A stretch of 63,893 bases of DNA, the filler included, from Octopus bimaculoides (Eukaryota), in assembly GCF_001194135.2 (NCBI RefSeq). It is 7 parts of 6 records of this genome, joined end to end, with 100 filler letters (N's around TTAATTAATTAA, not from the genome) between each part and the next. Parts side by side here need not be neighbours in the genome. Positions count along the whole stretch, not along the records: positions 10,311 to 14,555 come from NC_068982.1; positions 14,656 to 34,803 come from NC_069003.1; 5 more parts are not named here. One strand, written 5' to 3'. The position numbers were made by a program, and so were the translations under genes. Under the pieces are notes generated by a model. It worked only from the letters and a program-made list of their open reading frames with translations, was not told the DNA's origin and did no database searches. This document shows positions 10,267-22,139 of this stretch, piece by piece. Each line of letters begins with the position of its first letter. Within the stretch, counting starts at the first letter, position 1.

Positions 10267-11630
10267 NNNNNNNNNNNNNNNNNNNNNNNNNNNNNNNNNN
10301 NNNNNNNNNNATATATATATTCCATGTATGTTCTTTGTGTGTATGGAACCTATACTGTCACTGAAGCTGAAACAGATACACTTTACATTTCGTCATAGAC
10401 CCACAGAATAAAAATAACATACTATAACTACAAAGAACACGAATGTTACCTTTTCATGATTTCACTAGAATTTGTGAACTCCCATAAACAATACACATTA
10501 TTGATCGACCTACCTAAAAACTGAATTTAAAACTGTCTAAATAACCGAATTTAAAGAATTAAAATTTTTAAGTAGTTCTAAACTGAATAATATTTCCTAT
10601 CAAAAGTTCATGAGTTCTATTAACTAGCATAAGAAAGAAGAGTTACATGTTTCAAAGAAAATAATCTGTGGTATGGGAAGAAATTTCTCACGCTGTTCGG
10701 AAACACTTTCGAGAAACAGTAAAGCATTCCAAAATCTGAAAGAAACACAAATAATCACAGCAACTTCCAGTGTCAATTTATAGTTATGGAGATGATTGAT
10801 CATTTAGGCTGCTAATCTTTGACAACCAGGGCGGAAACTGCTTGATGTAAATAAATCTAACTATTTCATACATTAAGACATTCCTAATGCACTGACGCAG
10901 CATGATAATGAAAATAACAAAGTAAAATCTATGTTTAAAATACATTGTGCTTCATTCCACAGCAAGACTATATGTTTTAAACATAATTATGCTTCAGTAT
11001 ACTGATACTATTTCATTTCATGCTTTAAATGCTTTCATAACATCCTTTTTGTTTAAAATTGTGAACGTATTTGCATTTTGAACAAAGGTTCGGACCTAGT
11101 GTATAACTTGTAAATACTTCCATCTTTTTTTATTTTTTTTATTTTTAGGAATTTCCAACTACTTACTGGCTAACATATTTCATTCATTGTAGATTTGCCA
11201 TGCACCAGAAAAATGCTCCTAGAATAATAAGTAATCGAAATTGATTAACAGCAAAACTTTATTTACAATAGCCTCTTTTGTTGCATCCATGAATTTTACA
11301 TAAAAGTTACTGAAGATATAAAAACACCATGTATATTTTACATTTGAAAAGATCTACCATCGTGTCATGTGGCGTATTTTCCAGCGATTTTTGGCAGTTA
11401 TTTAAACCTCGAGCTGCTTAGGAATCTTCTTGTATATTGCCACGTTCCCTTCTTTAATCGCTTAAATAATCGGTAACATGAAACTTAGTTACGATTCAAG
11501 AAACTTCAGCTTATAGCAACAACAAAAACAGTAAAATAATATTAACTCAAAACGTAAAGAGCCAAAAGAAATGCAGCCGAGCAAAATGCTTAGTGACATT
11601 TCTTCTGTTAGTTTTTTATTATTATTATTT

Positions 11631-11769
11631 CGAGATCAAATCCTGCTGAGGCCAACTGCCTTTCATTCTTTCGAGATGAATAAAATAGAGTACCAGTCAT
11701 GTATTGGGGTCGTTGTAATCGACTTACACCTCACCCCCAAATTTCAGGCCTTGTGCCTATAGCAGAAAG

Positions 11770-11770
<1 letters not shown>
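11631..11770 (+). mobile_element. SINE family B (Meta-domain-like), decayed and 5'-truncated
   Basis: GCTGAGGCCAACTGCCTTTCATTCTTTCGAGATGAATAAAATAGAGTACCAG is homologous to the 12601 copy. Confidence 0.7.
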
Positions 11771-11810
<40 letters not shown>

Positions 11811-11815
<5 letters not shown>

Positions 11816-12067
11816 TAGTTTTATTTTTATAACGTGCTTTCACTTCACTACCGAGCGCAGCTCTGTGCGCCTTGGGTATGTGCTGTGGTTTGCTGTGGTG
11901 CTCTTATGTTTACTGTATTGAAAGTGTTTTGCGTAGAATGTGTGCAGTACCCAGTAGTGCAATTTTCTGTATGTTATATATATTTGTAAGTCCTGCTATT
12001 TTTGTTATGTATTTGTCTGAATATTTTTTTATTATACCTAAGGCACCTACTATGATAGGAATTGTTT
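11811..12067 (-). mobile_element. R4/Dong-like 3' end with (TAA)n tail
   Basis: Minus strand encodes TIPIIVGALGIIKKYSDKYITKIAGLTNIYNIQKIALLGTAHILRKTLSIQ*, followed by a 3' UTR and (TAA)n. Confidence 0.85.
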
Positions 12068-12529
12068 NNNNNNNNNNNNNNNNNNNNNNNNNNNNNNNNN
12101 NNNNNNNNNNNNNNNNNNNNNNNNNNNNNNNNNNNNNNNNNNNNNNNNNNNNNNNNNNNNNNNNNNNNNNNNNNNNNNNNNNNNNNNNNNNNNNNNNNNN
12201 NNNNNNNNNNNNNNNNNNNNNNNNNNNNNNNNNNNNNNNNNNNNNNNNNNNNNNNNNNNNNNNNNNNNNNNNNNNNNNNNNNNNNNNNNNNNNNNNNNNN
12301 NNNNNNNNNNNNNNNNNNNNNNNNNNNNNNNNNNNNNNNNNNNNNNNNNNNNNNNNNNNNNNNNNNNNNNNNNNNNNNNNNNNNNNNNNNNNNNNNNNNN
12401 NNNNNNNNNNNNNNNNNNNNNNNNNNNNNNNNNNNNNNNNNNNNNNNNNNNNNNNNNNNNNNNNNNNNNNNNNNNNNNNNNNNNNNNNNNNNNNNNNNNN
12501 NNNNNNNNNNNNNNNNNNNNNNNNNNNNN

Positions 12530-12600
<71 letters not shown>

Positions 12601-12800
12601 GGCGGCGAGCTGGCAGAATCGTTAGCACGCAGGGCGAAATGCTTAGCGGTATTTCGTCTATCGCTACGTTCTGAGTTCAAATTCTGCCGAGGTCCACTTT
12701 GCTTTTCATCTTTTCGGGGTCGATAAATTAAGTACCAGTAAAACACTGCGGTCGATATATAATCGGCTAGTCCCCACCCCACAAATTTGAGGAGAAAGGA
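12601..12800 (+). mobile_element. SINE family B, near full length
   Basis: GGCGGCGAGCTGGCAGAATCGTTAGC head, GAGTTCAAATTC B box, GCCGAGGTC..TTTCATCTTTTCGGGGTCGATAAATTAAGTACCAG central block; flanked by (TTA)n. Confidence 0.85.
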
Positions 12801-12819
12801 TTATTATTATTATTATCAA

Positions 12820-13018
12820 GGCAGCGAGCTGGCAGAATCGTTAGCACTTTGGGAAAACAAAGTGCTTAGCAATATTTCGTTCGTCTTTATGTTCAAATTC
12901 CACCGAGGTCGTCTCAGCCTTTGATCTTTTCGGGGTTGATAAAATAAGTACCAGTTGCGCACTGGGATCGATATAATCGACTTACGCCCCTCCCTCGAAA
13001 ATGCTGTCCTTGTGGCAC
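12820..13018 (+). mobile_element. SINE family B, tandem second copy
   Basis: Same head and central block, directly after a (TTA)n spacer. Confidence 0.8.
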
Positions 13019-13204
13019 CACCACCATCACCATCATCATCACCATCATCTTCCTCATCATCATCATCATCATCATCAACTTTTGTTGTGATGCCATTATC
13101 ACCGGACGTCTCTGTGGCATGTATTATTGGTAAATTGTTATTGTTATTACCATCGCTGTTATCATTAAAGATTAGGTAGTTTTCCTTCTTTAAGTTGGCT
13201 ATTA

Positions 13205-13545
13205 GTAAAGGCAAACACTTTCCTCATCAGCCAAGCCCTCATCGACTTCTTTTTGAAGACCCCGTTTAAAGAAGAAAATGAAGGTGGTTGAAAGTGGAGG
13301 TGACGGTCAGAGTGAATGGGCCTACTTTGAACTTGCGCCTATTGGCTGGAGAGAATGCACGGGACATGGGCAACTCCCTCTGGAGCTCATGGCGGTCTGG
13401 GTGATCCAAGGTCGGTGGGATTCCTTGGTTGCCTCTGGATGGTACTAACCTCTATCGAGAATTCTTAGTTGTTATAAGGTTTCTTGTTATTGTTTGTCTT
13501 AGTGTATATAAATGTTTTTATGGTCCTTGTGGCCAATAAAGTATA
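13205..13545 (+). mobile_element. Probable L1/Tx1-like retrotransposon 3' end
   Basis: Frames LIDFFLKTRLKKKMKV and RVNGPTLNLRL, a T-rich 3' UTR, AATAAA at 13535, then a microsatellite. Family assignment is from recall. Confidence 0.4.
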
Positions 13546-13607
13546 ATCATTGTTGTTGTTGTTGTTATTATTATTATTATTATTACTACTACTACTACTA
13601 CTACTAC

Positions 13608-13642
<35 letters not shown>

Positions 13643-13647
<5 letters not shown>

Positions 13648-13855
13648 TAGTTTTATTTTTATAACGTGCTTTCACTTCACTACCGAGCGCAGCTCTGTGC
13701 GCCTTGGGTATGTGCTGTGGTTTTCTGTGGTGCTCTTATGTTTACTGTATTGAAAGTGTTTTGCGTAGAATGTGTGCAGTACCCAGTAGTGCAATTTTCT
13801 GTATGTTATATATATTTGTAAGTCCTGCTATTTTTGTTATGTATTTGTCTGAATA

Positions 13856-13862
<7 letters not shown>
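13643..13862 (-). mobile_element. R4/Dong-like 3' end, near-identical to 11811-12030
   Basis: One visible mismatch over ~215 nt; (TAA)n tail. Confidence 0.85.
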
Positions 13863-13892
<30 letters not shown>

Positions 13893-13908
13893 GATTATTA
13901 TTATTATT

Positions 13909-14456
13909 GAGCGAGAGAGCCGTGCACGCCATCAAAGTGACACGGGTAAAATATACGAAGTCCAACATACCCATCATGAGTACCCGTCCGATAAGGATAC
14001 ACCAGGCACATGCTTCACAACCATATGTGCACGACATGGTGTTCTCATATCAAGATAAACAGCACATGACCTTGCAGGTGGGGCACTGTTAGAATTTTCT
14101 TCAGGTTGAGTAGCCCATCCCGCTCAAAAGGTCCCTGAATAAGGGTTTAAGGATGTTGAATGAACACCCATGTTTCTAGAGGGGAATTATCCAAACCCCA
14201 AAGAATTCCTCTCAACACATGGCTATGATGCTCTCCCACTACTTCTGCTCGTGATCAGAGATGCACATATCATCAGCCACTAAGGGACATGCTCAACTGG
14301 TTAAGGTTAAACAACTGACGAGAAAAACTGTGGTATTGAGTAGAATATTTGCTGTAGTTCATCTTTTATACCAAGACAAAGCAATGTACATGGTAACACT
14401 TCCAATCAGTTAAGATAAGAAGCCATGAGAGCCACTGCCTGGTACTGCATCCGGGC

Positions 14457-14458
<2 letters not shown>
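13909..14458 (-). mobile_element. ~550-bp (TAA)n-flanked element, full-length copy
   Basis: Bounded on both sides by (TTA)n; homologous to four other copies in the window. Confidence 0.9.
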
Positions 14459-14535
<77 letters not shown>

Positions 14536-14599
14536 TTTTTTTTCTCTTTATCATANNNNNNNNNNNNNNNNNNNNNNNNNNNNNNNNNNNNNNNNNNNN

Positions 14600-14611
14600 T
14601 TAATTAATTAA
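14600..14611. other. Artificial gap linker TTAATTAATTAA
   Basis: 44 N on each side. Confidence 0.95.
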
Positions 14612-15057
14612 NNNNNNNNNNNNNNNNNNNNNNNNNNNNNNNNNNNNNNNNNNNNATATATATATATATATATATACATACATACATACATACATACATA
14701 CATACATACATACATACATACATTCATGTATGCATAAATATATACATATTTATGCATATATGAGTACTATGCACAGATGTATACAGATATATAATGTAAA
14801 TAATAATAGAAAAAATATGCAAACACATACATACACACATAGAAACTTACATACACACATAGAAACTTACATACACACAAATACAAATGCATACATACAT
14901 ACACACCTGAAGTTAAATGATTTTATCTTCATCTCCTCTGTTGTTCTTTGACACCATTCCTTTTCTCTTCTAATTATTCCTTTGCATAGTTACCTCCCGA
15001 GACCCTGGCCACGTAGGAGACCCATGGAAATATTTTATTTCCTTGTGTATCTTTTGC

Positions 15058-15165
15058 AATGCTTCAACCTTTCATTCTTTTGGGGTTGATAAAATAATGT
15101 ACCAGTCAAGTACGATGTAATAGAATTTCGTCCCCACCCCACTTCAAAAATTGCTGGTCTTGAAC
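15058..15165 (+). mobile_element. SINE family B, decayed fragment
   Basis: CCTTTCATTCTTTTGGGGTTGATAAAATAATGTACCAG block. Confidence 0.6.
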
Positions 15166-15532
15166 CTTGCGGAGGAACGGGCCCATTCCGGGGAGTGGTG
15201 TGATTTCTCCCACTTATACACCATGGAAAACAGGAAACCGATCTTACTAGTCCTGGGGCTCAAGATAAAAATTTTAAATATGCACATGTGTGTGTGTGAG
15301 AGAGAGAGAGAGAGGGAGAGAGAGAGAGAGAAAGAGAGAGAGAGAAATATATAGAGAGAGAGTGACTTAGTTGAAAAAATCTAAAGTTGAATTGGGAAGA
15401 GGATTTTCTTTGTTCTGTTGAATGTATTTATGTTAACACATATATGTGTATATATGTGTATATGTGTGTGTAAGTATGGATCTGTGTCGTGAATTTTTGA
15501 AGGCTTAGTTAGAGAGGCAGAAAGGAAAACGA

Positions 15533-15604
<72 letters not shown>

Positions 15605-15949
15605 ATGAAAAAAAGAAAGGTATCTTTTTCTGAGATGGTTAAAGTTGCATTGTATTTTTGATCAGTGGTCGTTACCCACCTATAGAAAATAGAATCTATC
15701 AAATTGCTTTTGAAAGTTTTTAAATGTATGTGCGCGCGTGGAAGGGAGTATTTAAGCGGATATGTGTAAGAGAGAGTGTGTACGTTGTGTATTTATTACT
15801 TAATTGAATTTTTCCAGTTATTTCAGTGACAGTAATAAGAACATTATTAATAATATCCGGTGCTAATATGATTTGGTTCATCTGGAACACTATTTTTTTA
15901 ATAAGGATTTCTCATGTGTTTATAAATATATTTTTCTTTTCTTATACAT

Positions 15950-16865
15950 TTAGTTTAGGTAGGAATTTTCTGATAAAATGTAGTTCCAAGTGAAAAATCT
16001 AAATCTACTCTTTCCACACATTTCCAGAAGCCTACTCAGTGGACACTTGCGTGATTCCTTTTGTCTGATGTGTTGTCTATGGATTCTTGCACGTTGGCAA
16101 AGGGAATTCTTGGTTTCGCTAATATAATTTTCTTCACAGTTGAGGCAGGTTATACAGCATATGAGATTCTGTGGCTTGCAGTTCATATCTGCATTTACTT
16201 TAGAAAGAGAATCCATTAAAAATTTTATATGGGAACCAGCGTCCAAATATTTGAACCTGTTATATATTCCACATCAATTTTCTCCACGGTCTTTCATGGA
16301 GAATTATGAATTATATTCTGATGAGAATCTTGCCCACCTGAGATGTTTCTTCAGATCTTTCGTATAATGATTTCATCAACCTGATTTTTCATTTTCGGCT
16401 TTGTAAGAGTATTGGTTGGTTTGTTTTTATAGTGTGGAATATGTTGGTCACTCCTGCATTATGTGTATTTATAAATGGAATAGTATCTTCTTTAATATTT
16501 TTTATTAAGTGTCTTCAGTTGTATAATGTCCGGTTTCATCGCCTTTATAATTCCATCATTTATTAATTTTAAATGGTAAGTTTTTTTTTGTTATGGGAAA
16601 TATTTGAGTTTATCGAGTCGAATTTGACGTATTTTCGGGTGAACTAATATTACACAAATATGTCTTGCCATACTATTTATTGATAAGAGTAGAAGTTCAA
16701 ATACTGATGTGAATCTGTTTTTTGTATTGTAAAAGATATCCGTTGTTACTGTGGAGTCACGTATTTTTACGTGAATGTCTAGGAACGGTAAGTCATTATG
16801 ACAGCTGTCTGTCGTGAGTTTAATAGATGGGTGAAGGGTATTCAAAATGTTATTGAGTATTTGAA
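15950..16865 (-). mobile_element. Penelope-like element remnant (RT C-terminus + GIY-YIG endonuclease)
   Basis: NTLHPSIKLT..LPFLDI..TTDIFY (PLE RT thumb) and LICCITCLNCEENYISETKNSLCQRARIHRQHI (GIY-YIG); frames broken. Confidence 0.85.
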
Positions 16866-17000
16866 GATTACAATTTGATTTCTTCCCCTAAAATAAAGTA
16901 CTGCATACATACGTACTTATGCACATTCACATACACAAATATATGCACACATATATAGATCAAAATAACCAAGAACATTCAACTCCAGATTTTTCAACTA

Positions 17001-17033
<33 letters not shown>

Positions 17034-17917
17034 NNNNNNNNNNNNNNNNNNNNNNNNNNNNNNNNNNNNNNNNNNNNNNNNNNNNNNNNNNNNNNNNNNN
17101 NNNNNNNNNNNNNNNNNNNNNNNNNNNNNNNNNNNNNNNNNNNNNNNNNNNNNNNNNNNNNNNNNNNNNNNNNNNNNNNNNNNNNNNNNNNNNNNNNNNN
17201 NNNNNNNNNNNNNNNNNNNNNNNNNNNNNNNNNNNNNNNNNNNNNNNNNNNNNNNNNNNNNNNNNNNNNNNNNNNNNNNNNNNNNNNNNNNNNNNNNNNN
17301 NNNNNNNNNNNNNNNNNNNNNNNNNNNNNNNNNNNNNNNNNNNNNNNNNGATGAAAGAGCTAAATAAATAACTATCCAAAAGCCTGACTACCTCCTTTTT
17401 CTTAACACACACACACACATACACACACACATGTATGTATGTATGTATGTATGTATGTACGCATGCATGTATGTATGCATGTATGACCCTATTAATTTAT
17501 GTATGCAACGTATAGCATTTTGTGATGCCTTGTATTCACATATATTGCATAAAGAGCTACATAATCTAACGTGTCCTTCCGAACAACGGCTGAATGGAGT
17601 TTGAAGGATTTAGTTGCTATTTCTAGGATCTAATTATATTCACTAGCCATTTGTTTCAGACCGAGCGACTGAGCAGAGGCGTCTTCACTGATCATTAATC
17701 TTCTTTTTCCTTCTTCTCCTGTTTGACGTTTTTTGGCTCAATATTCGAAAACGTTAAGCCAATCAGAGTTTGCGCATAGTTTTGCCAATTTTGGGTTTCC
17801 TCTACTTAACTATTGGTCATCGCATCATATTTTATTGTTTTCGTAGCTTGTTTAACTTCTATTTATTTATTTATTTATTTATTCATTTATTTATTTATTG
17901 ATAACTATTCTTTCTAG

Positions 17918-17991
17918 AATATTCTGATCTTCGGTCCGAAGGAAGAGCACGTGGCAGGAGAGGAATAAATCACAGAAATGAAATATATTAA
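17918..17991 (+). CDS. Candidate terminal coding exon A (xYSDLRSEGRARGRRGINHRNEIY*)
   Basis: Acceptor TATTCTTTCTAG; open phase-1 frame to TAA at 17989-17991. No homology established. Confidence 0.25.
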
Positions 17992-18018
17992 TGATATTTT
18001 ATTCCTCTTCATCTACAG

Positions 18019-18125
18019 ATGTGAAGGGACCACCGTCCCTCCATACCACGCCTCACTATCCTGAAAACACCCCACCTCACTTCTACAGCAATGAAAGTTT
18101 GCATAACCGCCATTTTACACCATGA
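18019..18125 (+). CDS. Candidate terminal coding exon B (xVKGPPSLHTTPHYPENTPPHFYSNESLHNRHFTP*)
   Basis: Strong acceptor TTTTATTCCTCTTCATCTACAG; open phase-1 frame to TGA at 18123-18125. Confidence 0.3.
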
Positions 18126-18139
18126 CGTTCCAATACGAA

Positions 18140-18145
18140 TCCTCT

Positions 18146-18178
<33 letters not shown>

Positions 18179-18600
18179 ATTCTTTCACTCTCTCTTTCTC
18201 TCTCCTTCTCTCTCTCCCTCTCAACTCCTCCTTCTCCCTCTCATCTCCTACTTATCTCCCTCTGTCTATCTCTCTATCTCAGCTTCTTTCTTTCTCTCTC
18301 TTATCCCCCACTCTCATCTCTCTCCCTGTCTCTTCTACTCTCTCTCCTTCTTTCTCTCATCTCCTCCTCTCTTTCGTCTCCTCCCTCTCTCTTTCATCTC
18401 CTCCATCTCTCTTTCATTTCCTCCCCCTCTCTCTTTCCCTCTCTGTATATCCATCTCCGTTACTGCTTTTTCTTTCTCTCTCACTCTTATCTCCTCTCTT
18501 TCATCTCTCTCCTTCTCTCTCCTTCTCTCTCCTTCTCTCTCATTCTCTCTCCCTTATACTAAATCTCCTTCCCCCCTCTCTCTCTCTCTCTCACAACCAT
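18140..18600. repeat. Degenerate (CT)n polypyrimidine tract
   Basis: About 460 nt that are almost entirely C/T on the plus strand. Confidence 0.95.
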
Positions 18601-19288
18601 CAATTTATCACTTTACCCAGTTTGTTCACTTAGCTACGCCACATCAAATCAACTTTACATGAAATGAGCGCCATACCACACCAAGCCACGCTACGGCACA
18701 CCCAGACGCGCCGCANNNNNNNNNNNNNNNNNNNNNNNNNNNNNNNNNNNNNNNNNNNNNNNNNNNNNNNNNNNNNNNNNNNNNNNNNNNNNNNNNNNNN
18801 NNNNNNNNNNNNNNNNNNNNNNNNNNNNNNNNNNNNNNNNNNNNNNNNNNNNNNNNNNNNNNNNNNNNNNNNNNNNNNNNNNNNNNNNNNNNNNNNNNNN
18901 NNNNNNNNNNNNNNNNNNNNNNNNNNNNNNNNNNNNNNNNNNNNNNNNNNNNNNNNNNNNNNNNNNNNNNNNNNNNNNNNNNNNNNNNNNNNNNNNNNNN
19001 NNNNNNNNNNNNNNNNNNNNNNNNNNNNNNNNNNNNNNNNNNNNNNNNNNNNNNNNNNNNNNNNNNNNNNNNNNNNNNNNNNNNNNNNNNNNNNNNNNNN
19101 NNNNNNNNNNNNNNNNNNNNNNNNNNNNNNNNNNNNNNNNNNNNNNNNNNNNNNNNNNNNNNNNNNNNNNNNNNNNNNNNNNNNNNNNNNNNNNNNNNNN
19201 NNNNNNNNNNNNNNNNNNNNNNNNNNNNNNNNNNNNNNNNNNNNNNNNNNNNNNNNNNNNNNNNNNNNNNNNNNNNNNNNNNNNNNNN

Positions 19289-19715
19289 CGCCACCACCAT
19301 CACCACACCAGCGCCACCACCATCACCACAACAGCGCTACCACCATCACCACAACAGCGCCACCACCATTATCACCACCACCACCACCATCACCCCCACC
19401 ACCATCACCACCACCACCAGCACCACACCATTATCACCACCATCTCCATCACTATCACCAAGACCGCCACCATCTTCAGAAGCAAAACGATCTGCTCACT
19501 CTCTATCGCCGCCACCAACCACCGCCACTAGCGCCAATACTACCACGGCCAACCATCATCATAATCCTCACATTGCCGTCACTGTCGCTGCCGCCACCAC
19601 CTTCAGATGTAAAATGATCAACTCATTCAATACTGCCGCTACGAACAGGACCACCACCACTAACGACAACACTGTCACCACCAATATCACCATCAACAAC
19701 ATCTCTTTTACGACC
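19289..19715. repeat. Degenerate (CAC/CAT)n low-complexity tract
   Basis: Trinucleotide-derived; explains the Pro/His/Thr ORFs in the track. Confidence 0.9.
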
Positions 19716-19718
19716 ATG

Positions 19719-19908
19719 AAACTTGAGCGGAGGGAGTGATAAGTTGATTACATCGACTCCAGTACATAACTGGTACTTATTTCATCGACCCCCGAAAGGA
19801 TGAAAGGCAAAGTTGATTTTGCTGAAATTTGAATGCAAGACGTAAAGCCGGACAAACTGTTGTTAAACATTTTGTTCGGTTTGTTAACGATTCTGCCAGC
19901 TCGCCACC
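19719..19908 (-). mobile_element. SINE family B
   Basis: Reverse complement begins GGTGGCGAGCTGGCAGAATCGTTAAC; central block present. Confidence 0.85.
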
Positions 19909-19939
19909 TTAATAAAAATAAAATTTAAANNNNNNNNNN

Positions 19940-19984
<45 letters not shown>

Positions 19985-19988
<4 letters not shown>

Positions 19989-20557
19989 GAGACGCCACCA
20001 CAATATAGCCAGGTTTGTCCGTTGGACACTTTGCAACAAGTATGGACTTGATAGAGCAAAAAAGTTGTACGACCACAAACCTGAAGGGATCGTCGAAAAT
20101 CGAGATGCAAAGATCCTATGGGATTTTATGATCCAGTACGACCATGAGATAGAGAATAGGAAGTCAGACATAGTCTTAATTGAGAAAGAAAGCAAACTAT
20201 GCTGGATCGTAGATATAGCATGCCCAGCTGACAACAAGGTATGCTATAAGGAAGAAAGAAAAGTTGGGAGTTATGACAGGTTAGCTTGGGAAGTTAAGCA
20301 GTTGTGGTCGATGAAAAAGGTAGCAGTAGTACCAATTTATTGTCGGAGCCCTAGGAACAGTGAGTAAAATTCTCGAGAAGTACGTGGAACAAATAGGGGC
20401 TGCAATAAGGGTGGAGCACTTGCAGAAAATAGCACTGCTTGGAACCGCTCGAATACTCCGAAAAATAAGAAGTGTTACCTTAGTTCACTGGTAGTGAACA
20501 GCTGACACTGTAGTACATCTCCAGCGTTAGAAGCTGTGCAAAAGGCAATGATAATAA
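19985..20557 (+). mobile_element. R4/Dong-clade non-LTR retrotransposon, restriction-like endonuclease domain and 3' UTR
   Basis: KRRHHNIARFVRW..YDHKPEGIV..ILWDFMIQYDHEIENRKSDIVLIEK..IVDIACP..KEERKVGSYDRL..VVPI; frameshift near 20340; (TAA)n at both ends. Confidence 0.9.
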
Positions 20558-20892
20558 TNNNNNNNNNNNNNNNNNNNNNNNNNNNNNNNNNNNNNNNNNN
20601 NNNNNNNNNNNNNNNNNNNNNNNNNNNNNNNNNNNNNNNNNNNNNNNNNNNNNNNNNNNNNNNNNNNNNNNNNNNNNNNNNNNNNNNNNNNNNNNNNNNN
20701 NNNNNNNNNNNNNNNNNNNNNNNNNNNNNNNNNNNNNNNNNNNNNNNNNNNNNNNNNNNNNNNNNNNNNNNNNNNNNNNNNNNNNNNNNNNNNNNNNNNN
20801 NNNNNNNNNNNNNNNNNNNNNNNNNNNNNNNNNNNNNNNNNNNNNNNNNNNNNNNNNNNNNNNNNNNNNNNNNNNNNNNNNNNNNNNNNNNN

Positions 20893-21369
20893 ATCTTAAT
20901 TGATTGGAAGTGTTATCATGTACATTGTTTTGTCTTGGTATAAAAGATTGGCTACAGCAAATATTCTGCTTAATACCACAGATTTGCTTGTCAGTTGTTT
21001 GACCTTAACCAGTTGAGCATGTCCCTTGGTGGCTAACAATATGTGCATCTCTGATCATGAGCAGAAGTAGTGGGGAATTCTTTGGGATTTGAATAATTCA
21101 CCTTTGGAAACATGGGTGTTTCGCTCAACATCCTTAAACAAACCTTATTCAGGGACCTTTTGAGCGGAATTAGCTACTCGACCTGAAGAAAATTCTAACT
21201 GGGCCCCACTACAAGGCCATGCACTGTTAATCTTGATATGAGATCATCATGTTACGCACATATGACTGTGATGCATGTGCTTAACAGAAAGGTAGTCATG
21301 GTGGGTATATTGAGTTTCGTATATTTGTACCCCAGTGTCACTTTGACGGCATGCGCCGCTTTCTCACCC
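20893..21369 (+). mobile_element. ~550-bp (TAA)n-flanked element, 5' end in gap
   Basis: Reverse complement of the 13909-14458 family; ends CTCACCC followed by AATAATGATAA. Confidence 0.85.
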
Positions 21370-21391
21370 AATAATGATAATATAATAATCA

Positions 21392-21600
21392 TTCTTTCTA
21401 CATAGGTACAAGACATGAAAATTTGAGAGGGGAGTCCGGTCGATAATATCAACCCCAGTACTTGACTGGTATTTTGTTTTATTGAAGCTGACTTCAACGA
21501 GATTTGAACTCAAAAAGTTAAGAGCTGGAAGAAACGCTGCGAGGCGTTTTGTTCGACGCTCTAACGAATCTGAAAATCCAGCACGCTTAATTGTTTCTCA
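21392..21600 (-). mobile_element. SINE family B, decayed
   Basis: CCCCAGTACTTGACTGGT and GATTTGAACTC blocks on the plus strand. Confidence 0.65.
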
Positions 21601-21639
21601 TTTTGGCACAACGCCTGACATTTTAGTAGGAAGACAATA

Positions 21640-22025
21640 TGTTGTTGGTACTCCGTCGCTTACGACGACAACGGTTCCAGTTGATCCGATCAACGGAACA
21701 ACCTGCTCGTGAAATTAACGTGCAAATGGCTGAGCACTCCACAAACACGTGTACACTTAACGTAGTTCTCGGGGATATTCAGCGTGACACAGTGTGACAC
21801 GGCTGGCCCTTTGAATTACAGGTACAACAGAAACAGGAAGTAAGAGTGAGAGAAAGTTGTGGTGAAAGAGTACAGCAGGGTTCGCCACCATCCCCTGCCG
21901 GAGCCTCGTGGAGCTTTTAGGTGTTTTCGCTCAGTAAACACTCACAACGCCCGGTCTGGGAATCGAAACCACGATCCTATGACCGCGAGTCGGCTGCCCT
22001 AACCACTGGGCATTTGCGTCTCCAC
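21640..22025 (-). mobile_element. SINE family A, full length with target-site duplication
   Basis: tRNA-like head at ~22025-21950; tail ends GTACCAACAAC; 12-bp TSD AGGAAG(A/G)CAATA at 21628-21639 and 22026-22037. Confidence 0.9.
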
Positions 22026-22139
22026 AGGAAGGCAATAGTCCATACCATTAACTCCTGTGCTTGACTGGTCGACCCTGAAACGTTGCAACTCAAAGTTTAC
22101 CTCGAAACGATTTGAACTCTTCTACCCTTGAATCAAACA

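Noticed and set aside
11149-11250. Strong T-rich acceptor at 11148
   Set aside because: No convincing donor or informative frame; poly-T acceptors are common by chance in this genome.
14395-14458. HDV-like ribozyme at the 5' end of the 550-bp element
   Set aside because: P2-like (CCAGGCAGT/ACTGATTGG) and P3-like pairings exist and G1 coincides with the boundary. However, P1 pairs at best 5 of 7, and the P1.1 GG and P4 are absent. Kept only as a test suggestion.
14826-14880. 20-bp tandem duplication ACATACACACATAGAAACTT
   Set aside because: Ordinary slippage within CA/TA-rich DNA.
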